64,000 nucleotides of DNA from a virus: the IMG/VR virus record IMGVR_UViG_3300009094_000001, positions 1-64,000 of that record. One strand, written 5' to 3'. Numbering within the stretch: position 1 is the first letter of the stretch; every line of letters starts with the position of its first letter. Both the position numbers and the translations under genes were made by a program. A model generated the notes under the pieces. It was given only the letters and a program-made list of their open reading frames with translations, did not search any database and was not told where the DNA came from. This document shows positions 47,708-57,357 of this stretch, piece by piece.

Positions 47708-49801
47708 TTAAGCGGTGGGTGGGATTTGTCCGGCGTCAATTGCGGCAGCTTCTTGTTGGGCTTGTCCGGCGACTTGGCCAATCTGGGCCTGCTGTTCGGC
47801 GAGTTGAGTCAGCTCGCCCATGATTCCTCGGAGCTTCGTCGCAACGTCCTTCGCAGGCGCGAGTGCTTCCTTCGGTGCGCCGGCAGCTTCCGCTGCTTCG
47901 ATGTGCGCTTCCGCATGCTTCAACAGCGCGGTCAGCGTCGCAACCGCGTGCGGGTCCGCAGTCGCAGCCATCGCTGCGTTTTCCATCGCCGGCAGCAAAA
48001 CCTGCAAATGAACGAGATGATTATCGCGCGGCGACACCGGCACCTCTGCGCCTTGGCCGACGATGATAAGCAGCTCCAACTGCTGCTGGCGTGATTGCTC
48101 GGCGACAACAGTCGGGTCTTCGTCGGGCAGAATAACCGCCTTGGCAAATTCTTCGTTGACTTGCGCCGACACCTTACGCATCTGCAATTCTTTCTGATTA
48201 TACAACGGGTTGCCGGCGGCTTCTGTCGCGGCAATGACAATCTGCTGGCGCTCCAAGTCGGTGTAATCCTTGACTGTCTCCGCCACAGGCTGCTTGGAAA
48301 GCTTGTTCAGCTCTTCGCGCGTCATGACTTTCAGCAGACGTTTCTGCATCTCCTTGGCGTCCTTTTCCGTGGTGTCCGGGTCGCACAACCTTTTCTGAAT
48401 CGTCGTCATGAAGTCCGCGAACTGATTCAGAAATCGTCCGATGATGGTGTCGCGAGATTGCTCCTCGCGCGCGGCGAACAAATCCACCTGCGCCTTGGTG
48501 ACGCGCTCACCCTCGAAAACTTTCGGCGTAGTTGCGCCGGCCATCTGGTCGAGTAGCCCGGTGAGGAATGCGTCGAGCTGCAAAAACGGCTCCACACTTC
48601 CGTCCAGTTGCTTTTCGACGACGGTGAACCCGGCCCCAATGAGAATCGCGTTTCCGACGATGCTCATTTTGAAACGCTGCAACTGTTTCTCGTCGCCTTG
48701 GATGATAATCTTGCCGGAGAGATTCAGCCGGTCAACGACCTCGTTCCGCGAGCGGTCGAGAATGCCTGCCATCGCGTAGATTTCACGCCCGATTCCCTTC
48801 GACCCGTGCATCGTTCCGTTGCCCTGCTGGAAACTGAAAAACGAGACCGCGTCCGCCATGCTATCGTATTGGTCGTGGCTGACGAAAAGCTCAGCAAAAC
48901 CGTGCGAGTCGAATACGTAGTGGGAAATCTTCCCGGTAATCTCCGTCGCAAACAAATGCCAAAGACACACCGCCCGCGCGCCGGCCTCGTAAGAGGTGCC
49001 GACGACGGATTCGCGAATCAGGTCCTCGTAAGCCCGCTCCGGGTCTTTCATGTCGGAGCGACGATGCTCCGGCATCGCGGCGTTGATGGACTTGACGGTT
49101 TCCTTGATGTCCCAGCCACGGGTCTGCGCTGCTTCCTTGTCGGAAATTACTATCGCAAGTTCGTGAATGAGGACTTCCTCCCGGAGCGCGACAACCTGCG
49201 CAAAGTTCGGCAGTTGCTTGGTCCCGGTCGGGATGAAAAAATGGTCCTGCCGGAAAAACTTCGGGAACCAGTGAAATTCGTCAAGCTGCGCAAGCGCCGC
49301 GTATCCGAACAGAGCGTTTTCCTGACCGAGTTCGGAGAGCATGGAACGCCAGCCGGGCCTCGCGCGGCAAGTCGTGGTGATTTCTCGACGAAAAGCTTCC
49401 GTCTTTGCGGCGGCACCCGGTTCGTCGTCGGGGAGCGAAGAGTTCGTCAGGTATTTTACGCCCTCAATCGCTTCGACAAAGCGCGGCGCAACCTTGTCGA
49501 TGAGCATCGGCAAAGGTTTGCTTGTAAAATTCGTCTTCCAGCCGAGTCCCTCCGCCTCCAGCGCGGTTTGGGAGAAGGGTCGCTCGCTGTTATACTTCGC
49601 CATGATGCGCGCGTTCTTGAGATTACGCTCTTTGTTCGCGCATTCGAGAGTCGTGATGATGGATTTCGCCTGCGCTGCGTCGATGATGGACCGATTTTTC
49701 GGCTTGACCGCGTTGCTCAGGTTCGGAGACGCAATCGCGCCGACGTAATCGTTCTGGTCGTCCGTCGTCGGAGGGTATGCAGGAAAGTCAATGGCGGGCA
49801 T
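47708..49801 (-). CDS. Portal protein (probable)
   Basis: 697 aa, helical, DNH.VH C-terminal motif, downstream of the terminase. Confidence 0.75.
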   Translation of the reverse strand: MPAIDFPAYPPTTDDQNDYVGAIASPNLSNAVKPKNRSIIDAAQAKSIITTLECANKERNLKNARIMAKYNSERPFSQTALEAEGLGWKTNFTSKPLPMLIDKVAPRFVEAIEGVKYLTNSSLPDDEPGAAAKTEAFRREITTTCRARPGWRSMLSELGQENALFGYAALAQLDEFHWFPKFFRQDHFFIPTGTKQLPNFAQVVALREEVLIHELAIVISDKEAAQTRGWDIKETVKSINAAMPEHRRSDMKDPERAYEDLIRESVVGTSYEAGARAVCLWHLFATEITGKISHYVFDSHGFAELFVSHDQYDSMADAVSFFSFQQGNGTMHGSKGIGREIYAMAGILDRSRNEVVDRLNLSGKIIIQGDEKQLQRFKMSIVGNAILIGAGFTVVEKQLDGSVEPFLQLDAFLTGLLDQMAGATTPKVFEGERVTKAQVDLFAAREEQSRDTIIGRFLNQFADFMTTIQKRLCDPDTTEKDAKEMQKRLLKVMTREELNKLSKQPVAETVKDYTDLERQQIVIAATEAAGNPLYNQKELQMRKVSAQVNEEFAKAVILPDEDPTVVAEQSRQQQLELLIIVGQGAEVPVSPRDNHLVHLQVLLPAMENAAMAATADPHAVATLTALLKHAEAHIEAAEAAGAPKEALAPAKDVATKLRGIMGELTQLAEQQAQIGQVAGQAQQEAAAIDAGQIPPTA

Positions 49802-49810
49802 GGTCTTGTT

Positions 49811-49840
49811 AAAGGTCCGTAAAAAGGGGTCTGAGTCAAG
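49811..49840 (-). promoter_or_regulatory. Phage promoter motif copy 6 (portal)
   Basis: CTTGAC tcagacccctttttac GGACCTTT, 9 nt before the ATG. Confidence 0.8.
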
Positions 49841-49843
49841 TAT

Positions 49844-50089
49844 TTACCGATTGGTAACTACCCACCGGTGCCGGGGGCATTTTTCGGTCGCGAGCTGGGC
49901 TTTTAGGTCCACAAAACAGGTGCAAGCATTGCACTGGCGGATACTTGGGTCGAATTCCGGGCATTTCTCGCACGCGGCGAGTCGCTGTTTCACCGACTCA
50001 TCGTCCAGCAGCAGGGGGTCGCCCTTGACGAGGGTTTTGACGACCCGACAAGCCGACTTCGCGGCGTTTTTCAGGTTCGGGAGCCTCAT
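49844..50089 (-). CDS. Small Cys-rich protein (DUF6171-like)
   Basis: RLAACEKCP...CNACTC...K...CP..W. Confidence 0.7.
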   Translation of the reverse strand: MRLPNLKNAAKSACRVVKTLVKGDPLLLDDESVKQRLAACEKCPEFDPSIRQCNACTCFVDLKAQLATEKCPRHRWVVTNR

Positions 50090-50676
50090 ACCTTACGCCA
50101 ACAATTCGCCGGTAGCGACGGATTTGCGCTCGGGTTCTGATAAATGTGCACGCTGGTCGAGGTATCCTCCCCCAACACACGGCAGCCCTTCAACTTTTCG
50201 CCGATGGACGAGCTGCCGCCGAATAAAATCTGCTTGGCTGTCTTCCGCATGGCCTTGCAAGACCCGCAATTCGACGAGAGGGCCTTCTGCATCGGGCAGC
50301 CGGCGCAGATTGCTGCGCGACGACGCGCTTCTTCTCGGGAAACCGGCTGGGCTCCGCCAACTCGGCGCAGGCGAAGGATTCCGACTAGCCATTGCACAAC
50401 GGCGCGAGACGAGGCACGCGTCGATTGGTTTGCGGCAGCAACCGCGCGCTGCACCGGGGCCTCGGGTTTCGCCTCTTGGCAGTAGTCTGGTTGACGAGCG
50501 CAAACTTGGTCGAGGATTTCCTGCTCCGGGTCTCCCGGGGGTTTACCCGCGCGCTTACGATAGGACGCGACGCGCACCGCGAGGTGCTCCCACTGGTCAG
50601 CCTTGTGCTTGACGCCGTCCTCGTCGATGAAATATTTTCCGCCAATAGCGCGCAGGAATTTGTTAAACTTCTTCAT
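50086..50676 (-). CDS. Cys-rich hypothetical protein
   Basis: RAAICAGCP...CGSC...C...CW. Confidence 0.7.
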   Translation of the reverse strand: MKKFNKFLRAIGGKYFIDEDGVKHKADQWEHLAVRVASYRKRAGKPPGDPEQEILDQVCARQPDYCQEAKPEAPVQRAVAAANQSTRASSRAVVQWLVGILRLRRVGGAQPVSREEARRRAAICAGCPMQKALSSNCGSCKAMRKTAKQILFGGSSSIGEKLKGCRVLGEDTSTSVHIYQNPSANPSLPANCWRKV

Positions 50677-52565
50677 AGGTCAACCTCAGAAAACCGGTTT
50701 GTGATGTCAATGCGAACCTCGTCGCCGGAATAATAGTCCTCGTAGTCATCGCCGCCAGAAAGCGTGTTCTCGGAACTCATGCCAAGGACAACGCCGGACG
50801 CTTTGCGGACCGCCTGCACCAGCAGGGACAACGCGTCGCAGTCGTCCGGGGACTTCCCTTGATTCCGGGACTTGTAGTCGGGCTTCGGCTCCACCTTGGA
50901 AAACTTCCCAGTCGCGCGGAATAGACGCCCGGTCATCTGCGGGTAAAGCTCGGAGGTCTCCAGCCCGGGCAGCGCTTTGAGGTATCCAAACTCAATGAAC
51001 TTTCGCAGCGCGAACATCAGCTCGCTCTGCATGCGGTCGTAGAGTTTGTGCGCCACGTCGGAATCTTCCACCATGATGCGAGTCTCGGACGCGCTCTCGG
51101 AGTAGTTGACGCCGGTAATCCCGACGCCCCACTCGTATTTCATAAGGTCAAAAACCCCTTGCATGTTACCCGTTCGGTCGAGTGCCAGCCACTCTGGCGT
51201 AATTCCGAGAGATTTCGCCAGCCGCACGATTTCATTTTTCATCGCGACGGTATCGCCCTTCGGCAGGAGGAAAATCTTATCGAGTTGCAACGCGAAGCGG
51301 GGGTATGCGCGGCCCTTGGCGTTCTTGAACATGATGATGCGCCCGTTCGGATGTTGCAGCGTCGGCGGGAACTTTATCCCGGTTGCCATGCCCCACTTCC
51401 CGGACGCGAAGCGAGCGGAGTCTCCGCCCTCCAACGCACCGTCCACGCCCCCGCACGGTCTTGGATTTTCATACCAAATAAACTCCGCCTTGAACTCGTC
51501 CAGCATGCCGACGGGAATAATCGATAGAACGGTGCCGAGGGGCGGGAAGCATCCGCGCGCCATCGCCCAGTATCCCGGCGTGTCCGTTCCGCCAGAGTTG
51601 CGGATGATTTGATTGAACCCCTCCAAGGTCTGCAACCCCGGGAAAATAACTCTCCCGGCTTTGACGTTCTCGCTGTATTTTGCGTCTAGGCGCACGACGA
51701 ACCAGCCGCGAGTGGACCGCCACTCAAAGTGCGTGTCCGGGTCAAACGAAGGCCAGCCAAAGGGCGGCTCGCAGCGCTGCCCGACGAGGTCGTTCTGGTC
51801 CGTGGGGTTGAACGCGCCCCCGACTTTAAGTCCGTCGCCGGACATATTCGACATGATGTTGTCGAGGTCCCGATGCACGCCGGCCGGAATGTTCGCGATT
51901 TCGTCGAGGAACACAAACAACCGGGACATCTCGCCGAAAATGGGGTGCGGGACCTTACGTGGAATGCGCTTCACGCCCTGCAATCTCCCGGCGGCTTTTT
52001 TCCCGAGAGGAATCACGACGCCGGTGATGGAGCCTTTGCGCGCCCGCTTGTCGAGACCGATGTAAAGCTTTCCGACCTCTCCCGGAAGCGGAATGGTGCT
52101 GGTTTTGTGCAGCGTGACTAAGTGCGTGAAAAGATTATCCTCCAAGTGCGTCTCGCTCGGGCCGAGGACTTTAATTGTAGTATATTCCGGGTCGCGAATC
52201 CATTGCAGAAACAGCCACACGGCGGAGGAAAAGGATTTGCCCATCGACCCCGCGCCCATGAACAGCATGAAATTGTTGTTCTCCCACGCGTCCCACACGC
52301 GCCGAACGCACTCCGGCTCTGCCGTGAATTGCGTGGGGCCCCAGAGCAGCCTCGCGGCATCCTCAAGCCCGTCGTTGTTCAGGCAATATTGCAACAAAAT
52401 ATTCAGGAGCGTGTATGCCTCCGCCTTTTTTGTCGGGTCTGGGACCTTGGTGCCTGTGCTGCGCACCCACTCCGCGACGAGCTTCGCGGCTTCAAAGGGC
52501 TTGTCCGCGTGTAGCAACACGCTGACCTCGTTTACGAGCTGTTTTTGTGGTCCGTCGGGTAGCAT
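50673..52565 (-). CDS. Terminase large subunit
   Basis: Walker A GAGSMGKS, Walker B FLDE, FNP, nuclease GVDGALEGGD, DRTG and SPDDCDAL; start at a TAATG overlap. Confidence 0.88.
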   Translation of the reverse strand: MLPDGPQKQLVNEVSVLLHADKPFEAAKLVAEWVRSTGTKVPDPTKKAEAYTLLNILLQYCLNNDGLEDAARLLWGPTQFTAEPECVRRVWDAWENNNFMLFMGAGSMGKSFSSAVWLFLQWIRDPEYTTIKVLGPSETHLEDNLFTHLVTLHKTSTIPLPGEVGKLYIGLDKRARKGSITGVVIPLGKKAAGRLQGVKRIPRKVPHPIFGEMSRLFVFLDEIANIPAGVHRDLDNIMSNMSGDGLKVGGAFNPTDQNDLVGQRCEPPFGWPSFDPDTHFEWRSTRGWFVVRLDAKYSENVKAGRVIFPGLQTLEGFNQIIRNSGGTDTPGYWAMARGCFPPLGTVLSIIPVGMLDEFKAEFIWYENPRPCGGVDGALEGGDSARFASGKWGMATGIKFPPTLQHPNGRIIMFKNAKGRAYPRFALQLDKIFLLPKGDTVAMKNEIVRLAKSLGITPEWLALDRTGNMQGVFDLMKYEWGVGITGVNYSESASETRIMVEDSDVAHKLYDRMQSELMFALRKFIEFGYLKALPGLETSELYPQMTGRLFRATGKFSKVEPKPDYKSRNQGKSPDDCDALSLLVQAVRKASGVVLGMSSENTLSGGDDYEDYYSGDEVRIDITNRFSEVDL

Positions 52566-52927
52566 TAATGAACAAATCTTCCAGCTGGCTCCAGCCACTT
52601 CTCGTCGCGGGAAATAAAGGTGTGGGTGTAGGCGTCTAACTGGTAAACCAGAGCTTCCCCCCGGTCCCTCCCAAAGAACCTTCTCATAATCCACGCAATG
52701 TCGTGGGAAACCTGACTGAGGTCGGAGTAAAAAACCATCCCCTTACATTCTTCCCAGCGGGCGAAGTCCTCGATAAATTCGGTGCTCGGCACCCACTTCA
52801 ACCAATCCTGCTTTACATTTTTCTTAAGTCGCTCGTCATCCCAGATGCACGCGAAGAAAAATCGAATAGGCTCAGCCGGCGGAGGCGGAAAAGGTTTTGT
52901 TTCCTCAGTTGTGTCGCCCAGTTCCAT
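52565..52927 (-). CDS. Hypothetical protein
   Basis: Stop overlaps the terminase ATG. Confidence 0.6.
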   Translation of the reverse strand: MELGDTTEETKPFPPPPAEPIRFFFACIWDDERLKKNVKQDWLKWVPSTEFIEDFARWEECKGMVFYSDLSQVSHDIAWIMRRFFGRDRGEALVYQLDAYTHTFISRDEKWLEPAGRFVH

Positions 52928-53861
52928 GTCGGGTCTCCGGGTTCAGCAGGAAATCGTCGTAGGTCGCGTGAAACGCCCACTCGGGGTTGTGACGCGGCTC
53001 CCAGCCAAGCGCGCGAATTTTCGAGTTGTCCATGATTTTTCGTAGCACGCCGACGGGTTGGCTCGGGTCGAAAACAATCTTGCCGCGATAGCCAACGACC
53101 TTGGCCAGCGTGTGCGCGAGGCAATCAACGGACCACTCCTCTCCAGAGCCGGTGTTGATAGGTTCGTCGTCCTCGTATTTCTGCATCACGGCGATGAGTG
53201 CGTTGGCGAGGTCGGCCGAGTAAAGCAGTTCCCGCTTCGCCGTGCCGTCGCCCCAAATCACGAACTCCGGCGCGTTCTCGCACTTCGCGCGGTGCAGTCT
53301 GGCGATAAGCCCGGGGACGAGGTGCGCGTCGTGTTCGTTGAAGTTGTCGTTTTCGCCGAAGAGATTGCAAGGCTGCGCGGAGACTACGTTCAGTTTGCCC
53401 GCGCGCCTCAAAAACTGTCCGAGGCGTATTCCGCAGAGCTTCGCCAGCGCGTAGCCTTCATTGGTTTGTTCAAGGGGTCCAGTAAGCAGGGCGGATTCTT
53501 TTATCGGCTGCTCCGCATTTTTTGGATAAATGCAGCTGCTCCCGAGGAACACCAGCTTTTCGCAGCCATACCTCGACGCGTTCAACATCACGTTCTCTTG
53601 GATGCGCAGATTATCGATGAGGAACTCCGACGGGCTCACAATATTCGCTTTGATTCCCCCAACGCGCGCGGCTGCGAGGAACACGTATTTCGGATTATGA
53701 CACGAAAACCACCACTCCACCGCGACGGGGTCGCATAGGTCCACCTCGTTGCGGGGGGCCGTGAGGATGTTAGTGAAACCCCTTTCGCGAAGTTCCCGAA
53801 CGAGCGCGGAGCCGACCAGCCCACGATGCCCGGCGACAAAAATCTTTGAATCTTTTTCCAT
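52905..53861 (-). CDS. fcl: GDP-L-fucose synthase-like epimerase/reductase
   Basis: AGHRGLVGS, LAAARVGGI, GSSCIYP, YALAK, PCNLFG and WGDG..RE. Confidence 0.92.
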   Translation of the reverse strand: MEKDSKIFVAGHRGLVGSALVRELRERGFTNILTAPRNEVDLCDPVAVEWWFSCHNPKYVFLAAARVGGIKANIVSPSEFLIDNLRIQENVMLNASRYGCEKLVFLGSSCIYPKNAEQPIKESALLTGPLEQTNEGYALAKLCGIRLGQFLRRAGKLNVVSAQPCNLFGENDNFNEHDAHLVPGLIARLHRAKCENAPEFVIWGDGTAKRELLYSADLANALIAVMQKYEDDEPINTGSGEEWSVDCLAHTLAKVVGYRGKIVFDPSQPVGVLRKIMDNSKIRALGWEPRHNPEWAFHATYDDFLLNPETRHGTGRHN

Positions 53862-53862
53862 G

Positions 53863-54561
53863 TTAAAAGGGGCGAATCGCTTCGATGAATTTATACTTCG
53901 GCCAATATCCGCGACTGTGCATCGCAAATCCGTAGTGAACAAGCGGGCTCGTGCGGTATCCGGCGTAATCATACAACGCGCAAACACCGTTCGTCTTTAC
54001 CATCCATTCCGGCTTGGGTCGTGCAGCATCCCCGGCGACGGGATGAAACATGCGCGCAAGCATTGACAAATCATCTTGGTGGTATACATTAGAATTGTGC
54101 GCGAAGTCCAGTTCATCATATTTCCAAGAAGCGAAAAGCTCCGCGATGTCAAGAAAATGCTGGGGGATGCCGAGGACCGCGCCCATGTAAATCGACTCCG
54201 GCGGAGTGTCGCAGAGGATTTCCATTTTCCCCGGCTCCGGCGGGCGCGGGGCGAACCCATAATTAATCACATCGTAGTCGGACAAAAGCACCGGCTCGTT
54301 TACACGCTCGCCGATGACATACGCGCCAAACCAACGGAGAAAACACGCGGCGGTGTAGTCCACGGGATACGCAGTCGGCTTGGCGTAATAATGCTCCTTG
54401 AAGAATTCAAAGCGGGGGTGGTCCCGGATATGACTCTCGTCGATGACGAGCGGCTCCCAGCCGGCCTTGCGCCAACTGCGCTCCCAGATTTTGATTAGCT
54501 CACGCTGCGATTGGTCGGACCAGAGACCGGGGACAGGGACATAATACGTGATAACCTTCAC
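53863..54561 (-). CDS. Putative glycosyltransferase
   Basis: W..SW...GW, CFLRW and LSDYDVIN (DxD); inside the sugar island. Confidence 0.6.
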   Translation of the reverse strand: MKVITYYVPVPGLWSDQSQRELIKIWERSWRKAGWEPLVIDESHIRDHPRFEFFKEHYYAKPTAYPVDYTAACFLRWFGAYVIGERVNEPVLLSDYDVINYGFAPRPPEPGKMEILCDTPPESIYMGAVLGIPQHFLDIAELFASWKYDELDFAHNSNVYHQDDLSMLARMFHPVAGDAARPKPEWMVKTNGVCALYDYAGYRTSPLVHYGFAMHSRGYWPKYKFIEAIRPF

Positions 54562-55298
54562 AATAACCTTTTCCGGGCAATTTCCAGCAAGCTGTTGTCC
54601 TTGGTTCCGTGGACCCATCGAACGCCGGCCGCGCGCAGGATATCCCACTCCGCTGGCTGGAACGTCGGACGCTTCCAGTGCGATTGAATGCCGGGGATGT
54701 TCGCCCAGCCCTTCAATTCATATTGCGGAGCTAACACCCAATCGTGTCCGCCGCCGCCCCGGATTACACTACCCGCTTGTTTCGCGAGAAAAGTCAAAAA
54801 ATCCAGCTCGCCAGAAATCAGCATGCAGTCCGCGTTAATGTGGGAACCGCCTTGGCAGCGCGCATTGCCGCCGACCATTGCGCCGGCAACTTTGACTCCA
54901 TGTTTACACAGCCGGTCCCACTCGCTGTGCAAATAGAGAAGCCCGTCGTTGACGAGCGGCGCGGTGTCCGAGGCGAGATTGAGAATGGCTTTATACTTTG
55001 GAAGCTTTCCGCCGGAGATTCCGCGCAGGCACCAGTCAATACTGCCGAAAAATAATCCGTTGCATCCCTGCGGCCATCCCGTCTCGGGACGTTGAGAAAT
55101 TGCGGTGAAAACGGTGAATTTCCTTGAGACGTGGTTAATCGAAGCGGTATCGTGTTTGCAGTCCCGTCTGGCCACGAACGCAAAATCACATGCTCCTGAG
55201 TGGACGGACTGGAGGTCCGCCAGCAGGCGCGCGAGCGTCATCGCTTGGGCCCGGTCGCCTTTCCAGTAAGACAGGAGAATCAGGATTTTGTCGGTCAC
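54558..55298 (-). CDS. Putative glycosyltransferase-like protein
   Basis: GWPQGCN, SD..PL, HINA, D-W and HG.KD; inside the sugar island. Confidence 0.5.
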   Translation of the reverse strand: MTDKILILLSYWKGDRAQAMTLARLLADLQSVHSGACDFAFVARRDCKHDTASINHVSRKFTVFTAISQRPETGWPQGCNGLFFGSIDWCLRGISGGKLPKYKAILNLASDTAPLVNDGLLYLHSEWDRLCKHGVKVAGAMVGGNARCQGGSHINADCMLISGELDFLTFLAKQAGSVIRGGGGHDWVLAPQYELKGWANIPGIQSHWKRPTFQPAEWDILRAAGVRWVHGTKDNSLLEIARKRLL

Positions 55299-56326
55299 TA
55301 TACCTTCCTCGCCATGTCAACCATCAGTTGACCGAAGTCGTTCGCGCCAGTTCCCGAGTTCGCGTGGTCTTCGATGATTTCCAGCACTGCGCTGACCAGC
55401 TTCGGTTCGACCTTCCGGTTCAACCCGAGAATTGGACAGTCCGGCCCGAGTGGTTGCCAGTGCTCGTCATCTTCCTTCATGTCCTCCTCAAGTTTCTCGT
55501 TGCCGACGCGGGTATAATCGTTAAAAATCTCGATGCCCGGAGAAATTTTCTTCACGAGCGCATCGATACGCAGCGGTTTCCCCATGTCAAGACAATACTT
55601 ACCGGGTTTAAAGGTCAACGTGGACAGCGCGAGCCCGACCGCTTCTTTGGCGGTAACGAAAAAACGAGCCATGTCCGGGTGATTGAGGGTGAACCTCGCC
55701 CCGAGTGTTCCTCCGGCTACCTTGCGTTCGACGATTTCCACCAGCGAACCGGCTGAACCTAGCACGTTGCCGAGTCGAATTGTCCTCGCGAGTTTGCAGT
55801 TCGCGTCAATCCACGCCTCAGCCAGCTTTTTACTCGCGCCCATGACGGTAGTCGGCTTCACTGCTTTGTCGGTGGAAACGTAAACGAGACGAACCCCGTG
55901 CTTCTCGCACTGCCGGGCCAGCCAAATGGTCGTTTGCGTGTTGTTCGCGAAAGCCGCGCGCGGATTTGATTCCATCAGCCCGACGTGCTTGTGTGCGGCG
56001 GTGTGGAAAACGCAGTCCACGCTGCCATCTCGCAGAAGGGTTGCGACTTCCTCGGAAAGCACGTCGGCAATAATAGGGTGAATCCAGTCCTTTCCCGGCT
56101 CGTCGCGCAAGCATCGAATCAACTGAAAAATCGAGTCCTCGCCGTGCCCGAGAATGTAAACGTTATTGGGGCTTGCCTTGTTGATTCTACGAACCAGCGC
56201 GGAGCCGATAGACCCGCCGGCACCGGTGACGAGGATGTTTTTCGTCAGCAGCTCGCGGTCAATGGCTTTCTCGTCGAAGGTGTGCTCCGGCCGGCGGAGC
56301 AGGTGTGCGTAGTCTTTATCAATCAC
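55298..56326 (-). CDS. CapD/PglF-like UDP-GlcNAc 4,6-dehydratase (soluble catalytic domain)
   Basis: TGAGGSIGS, AAHKHV, STDKAV, MGASK, GNVLGS.GS and M.RFF; start uncertain. Confidence 0.88.
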   Translation of the reverse strand: MIDKDYAHLLRRPEHTFDEKAIDRELLTKNILVTGAGGSIGSALVRRINKASPNNVYILGHGEDSIFQLIRCLRDEPGKDWIHPIIADVLSEEVATLLRDGSVDCVFHTAAHKHVGLMESNPRAAFANNTQTTIWLARQCEKHGVRLVYVSTDKAVKPTTVMGASKKLAEAWIDANCKLARTIRLGNVLGSAGSLVEIVERKVAGGTLGARFTLNHPDMARFFVTAKEAVGLALSTLTFKPGKYCLDMGKPLRIDALVKKISPGIEIFNDYTRVGNEKLEEDMKEDDEHWQPLGPDCPILGLNRKVEPKLVSAVLEIIEDHANSGTGANDFGQLMVDMARKV

Positions 56327-56349
56327 TGTATGTAAATTGAAGCAGAATT

Positions 56350-56931
56350 TTATTGTGGCCCGTCGGTAACCCGACTCGGGCATTGCTTATCCTGGCCATC
56401 CTCCGCTAGTTTCTGCTTCCCGGAAGGGCGATTACGCTCTGGTCCGGCTATGTCGGGAGTTATGGTCGGGAAGTTCGGCGAAGCAAACTCGCCAAAATAT
56501 TTGCGCGCGGCGACATCATAGGCTTTCGCGGCTTCGATTTCAAATTGAAAAGTCCCCAAGTGAATCTGTTTTCTACCCATCTGAATTTGCGCCGCCCACT
56601 TTTTATCTCGATTTTTCCATGATACTCCGCGATATCTGGACGAGGCCCTAGGTGATTTACGCAGGTGCCCCATCTTGTTTTGCGAGGAGGTCGCCGGCCG
56701 CAAATTTTCCCTCTGGTTATTAAGGCCGTCACCATCGCGATGGTCAATTTCCGAATGCCCGGGCAAAAGAAAACGATGGAGCCGCTGTGTCCCACTTCTT
56801 CGAGGGAGATTGCGAATTGCGTAGAAAGTATGCCGGTCCCTTCGGGCACACCACTTAAACTGATTAACCGCCTCGTAATCGGCGTCGTCAACCATTGCGA
56901 ATTTGCCCTGCGACAGCTTGATGGTCTTCAC
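56350..56931 (-). CDS. HNH endonuclease with AP2 domain
   Basis: IDHRDGDGLNNQRENLR; SRYRGVSW...AAKAYD...FGEFA.PNF. Confidence 0.9.
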   Translation of the reverse strand: MKTIKLSQGKFAMVDDADYEAVNQFKWCARRDRHTFYAIRNLPRRSGTQRLHRFLLPGHSEIDHRDGDGLNNQRENLRPATSSQNKMGHLRKSPRASSRYRGVSWKNRDKKWAAQIQMGRKQIHLGTFQFEIEAAKAYDVAARKYFGEFASPNFPTITPDIAGPERNRPSGKQKLAEDGQDKQCPSRVTDGPQ

Positions 56932-56938
56932 TGGAAAT

Positions 56939-57000
56939 TGGTGGACCCTATCGCGGCCCCGGCGTCCGGCTAACGGACGGAGACTGAGTTCTCAGTGTCC
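56939..57000 (-). ncRNA. Degenerate tRNA-like RNA (62 nt, no T arm)
   Basis: Acceptor GGACACU/AGGGUCC (6 of 7 pairs) plus ACCA; central hairpin CGUCCG/CGGACG. Confidence 0.45.
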
Positions 57001-57009
57001 GGCTTAAAT

Positions 57010-57094
57010 TGGCACTCGGGGCCGATTCGTTTTTGCATCCGTCGGCAATTTCGACGTGTATCACGCCGGTGTTTTATTCTTAAACTACCCGAGT
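57010..57094 (-). ncRNA. tRNA-like RNA with 16-nt T loop
   Basis: Perfect acceptor ACUCGGG/CCCGAGU plus GCCA; D arm GUUU/AAAC; anticodon stem CGGCG/CGUCG with non-canonical loop UGAUACA; T stem GCCGA/UCGGC. Confidence 0.65.
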
Positions 57095-57097
57095 TTT

Positions 57098-57260
57098 AGT
57101 GCCCCTGTCTTTATACCCCCGGGACGGGAGGGTTGTTGAGGTTCGGTGCAGGCGCGACCTGTAACGCACCGGAGCCTCAACTATCGCGATTTACCACCAT
57201 ACCCCGTATACCGGAGACAGGATTTACCACGCGATACATTCCCCCGTTGCTGCGGGAGAA
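57098..57260 (-). ncRNA. Unclassified structured RNA between tRNA-like elements
   Basis: Stems UUCUCCCG/CGGGGGAA, UAUCGCG/CGCGAUA, GUUGAGG/CCUCAAC, CGGUGC/GCACCG and CCUGUCU/AGACAGG; duplicated UGGUAAAUC. Confidence 0.5.
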
Positions 57261-57263
57261 ATT

Positions 57264-57336
57264 TGGCGGGCAGAGACGGGTTTTAACCGCCGTTTCCGAG
57301 ACAAAAGCTCGGTGTCCTCACTTAGACGATTCGCCC
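57264..57336 (-). tRNA. Atypical tRNA, anticodon UUU (Lys), CCA encoded
   Basis: GGGCGAA TC GTCTAAGTGAGGAC A CCGAG CTTTTGT CTCGG AAAC GGCGG TTAAAAC CCGTC TCTGCCC G CCA. Forms a cloverleaf with one acceptor mismatch and an atypical T loop. Confidence 0.7.
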
Positions 57337-57357
57337 TATCAAAAGAACAACCGCTAC

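Noticed and set aside
48608-49822. 404-aa + strand ORF (also 8469-9359 -, 36737-37888 +, 46441-47442 +, 21965-22927 -)
   Set aside because: Antisense shadows of well-supported genes in GC-rich DNA, with no motifs.
52566-52694. N-terminal extension of the terminase to 52694 (likewise long extensions of fcl, ruvC and the phosphoesterase in the track)
   Set aside because: They overlap upstream genes; coupled internal starts fit better.
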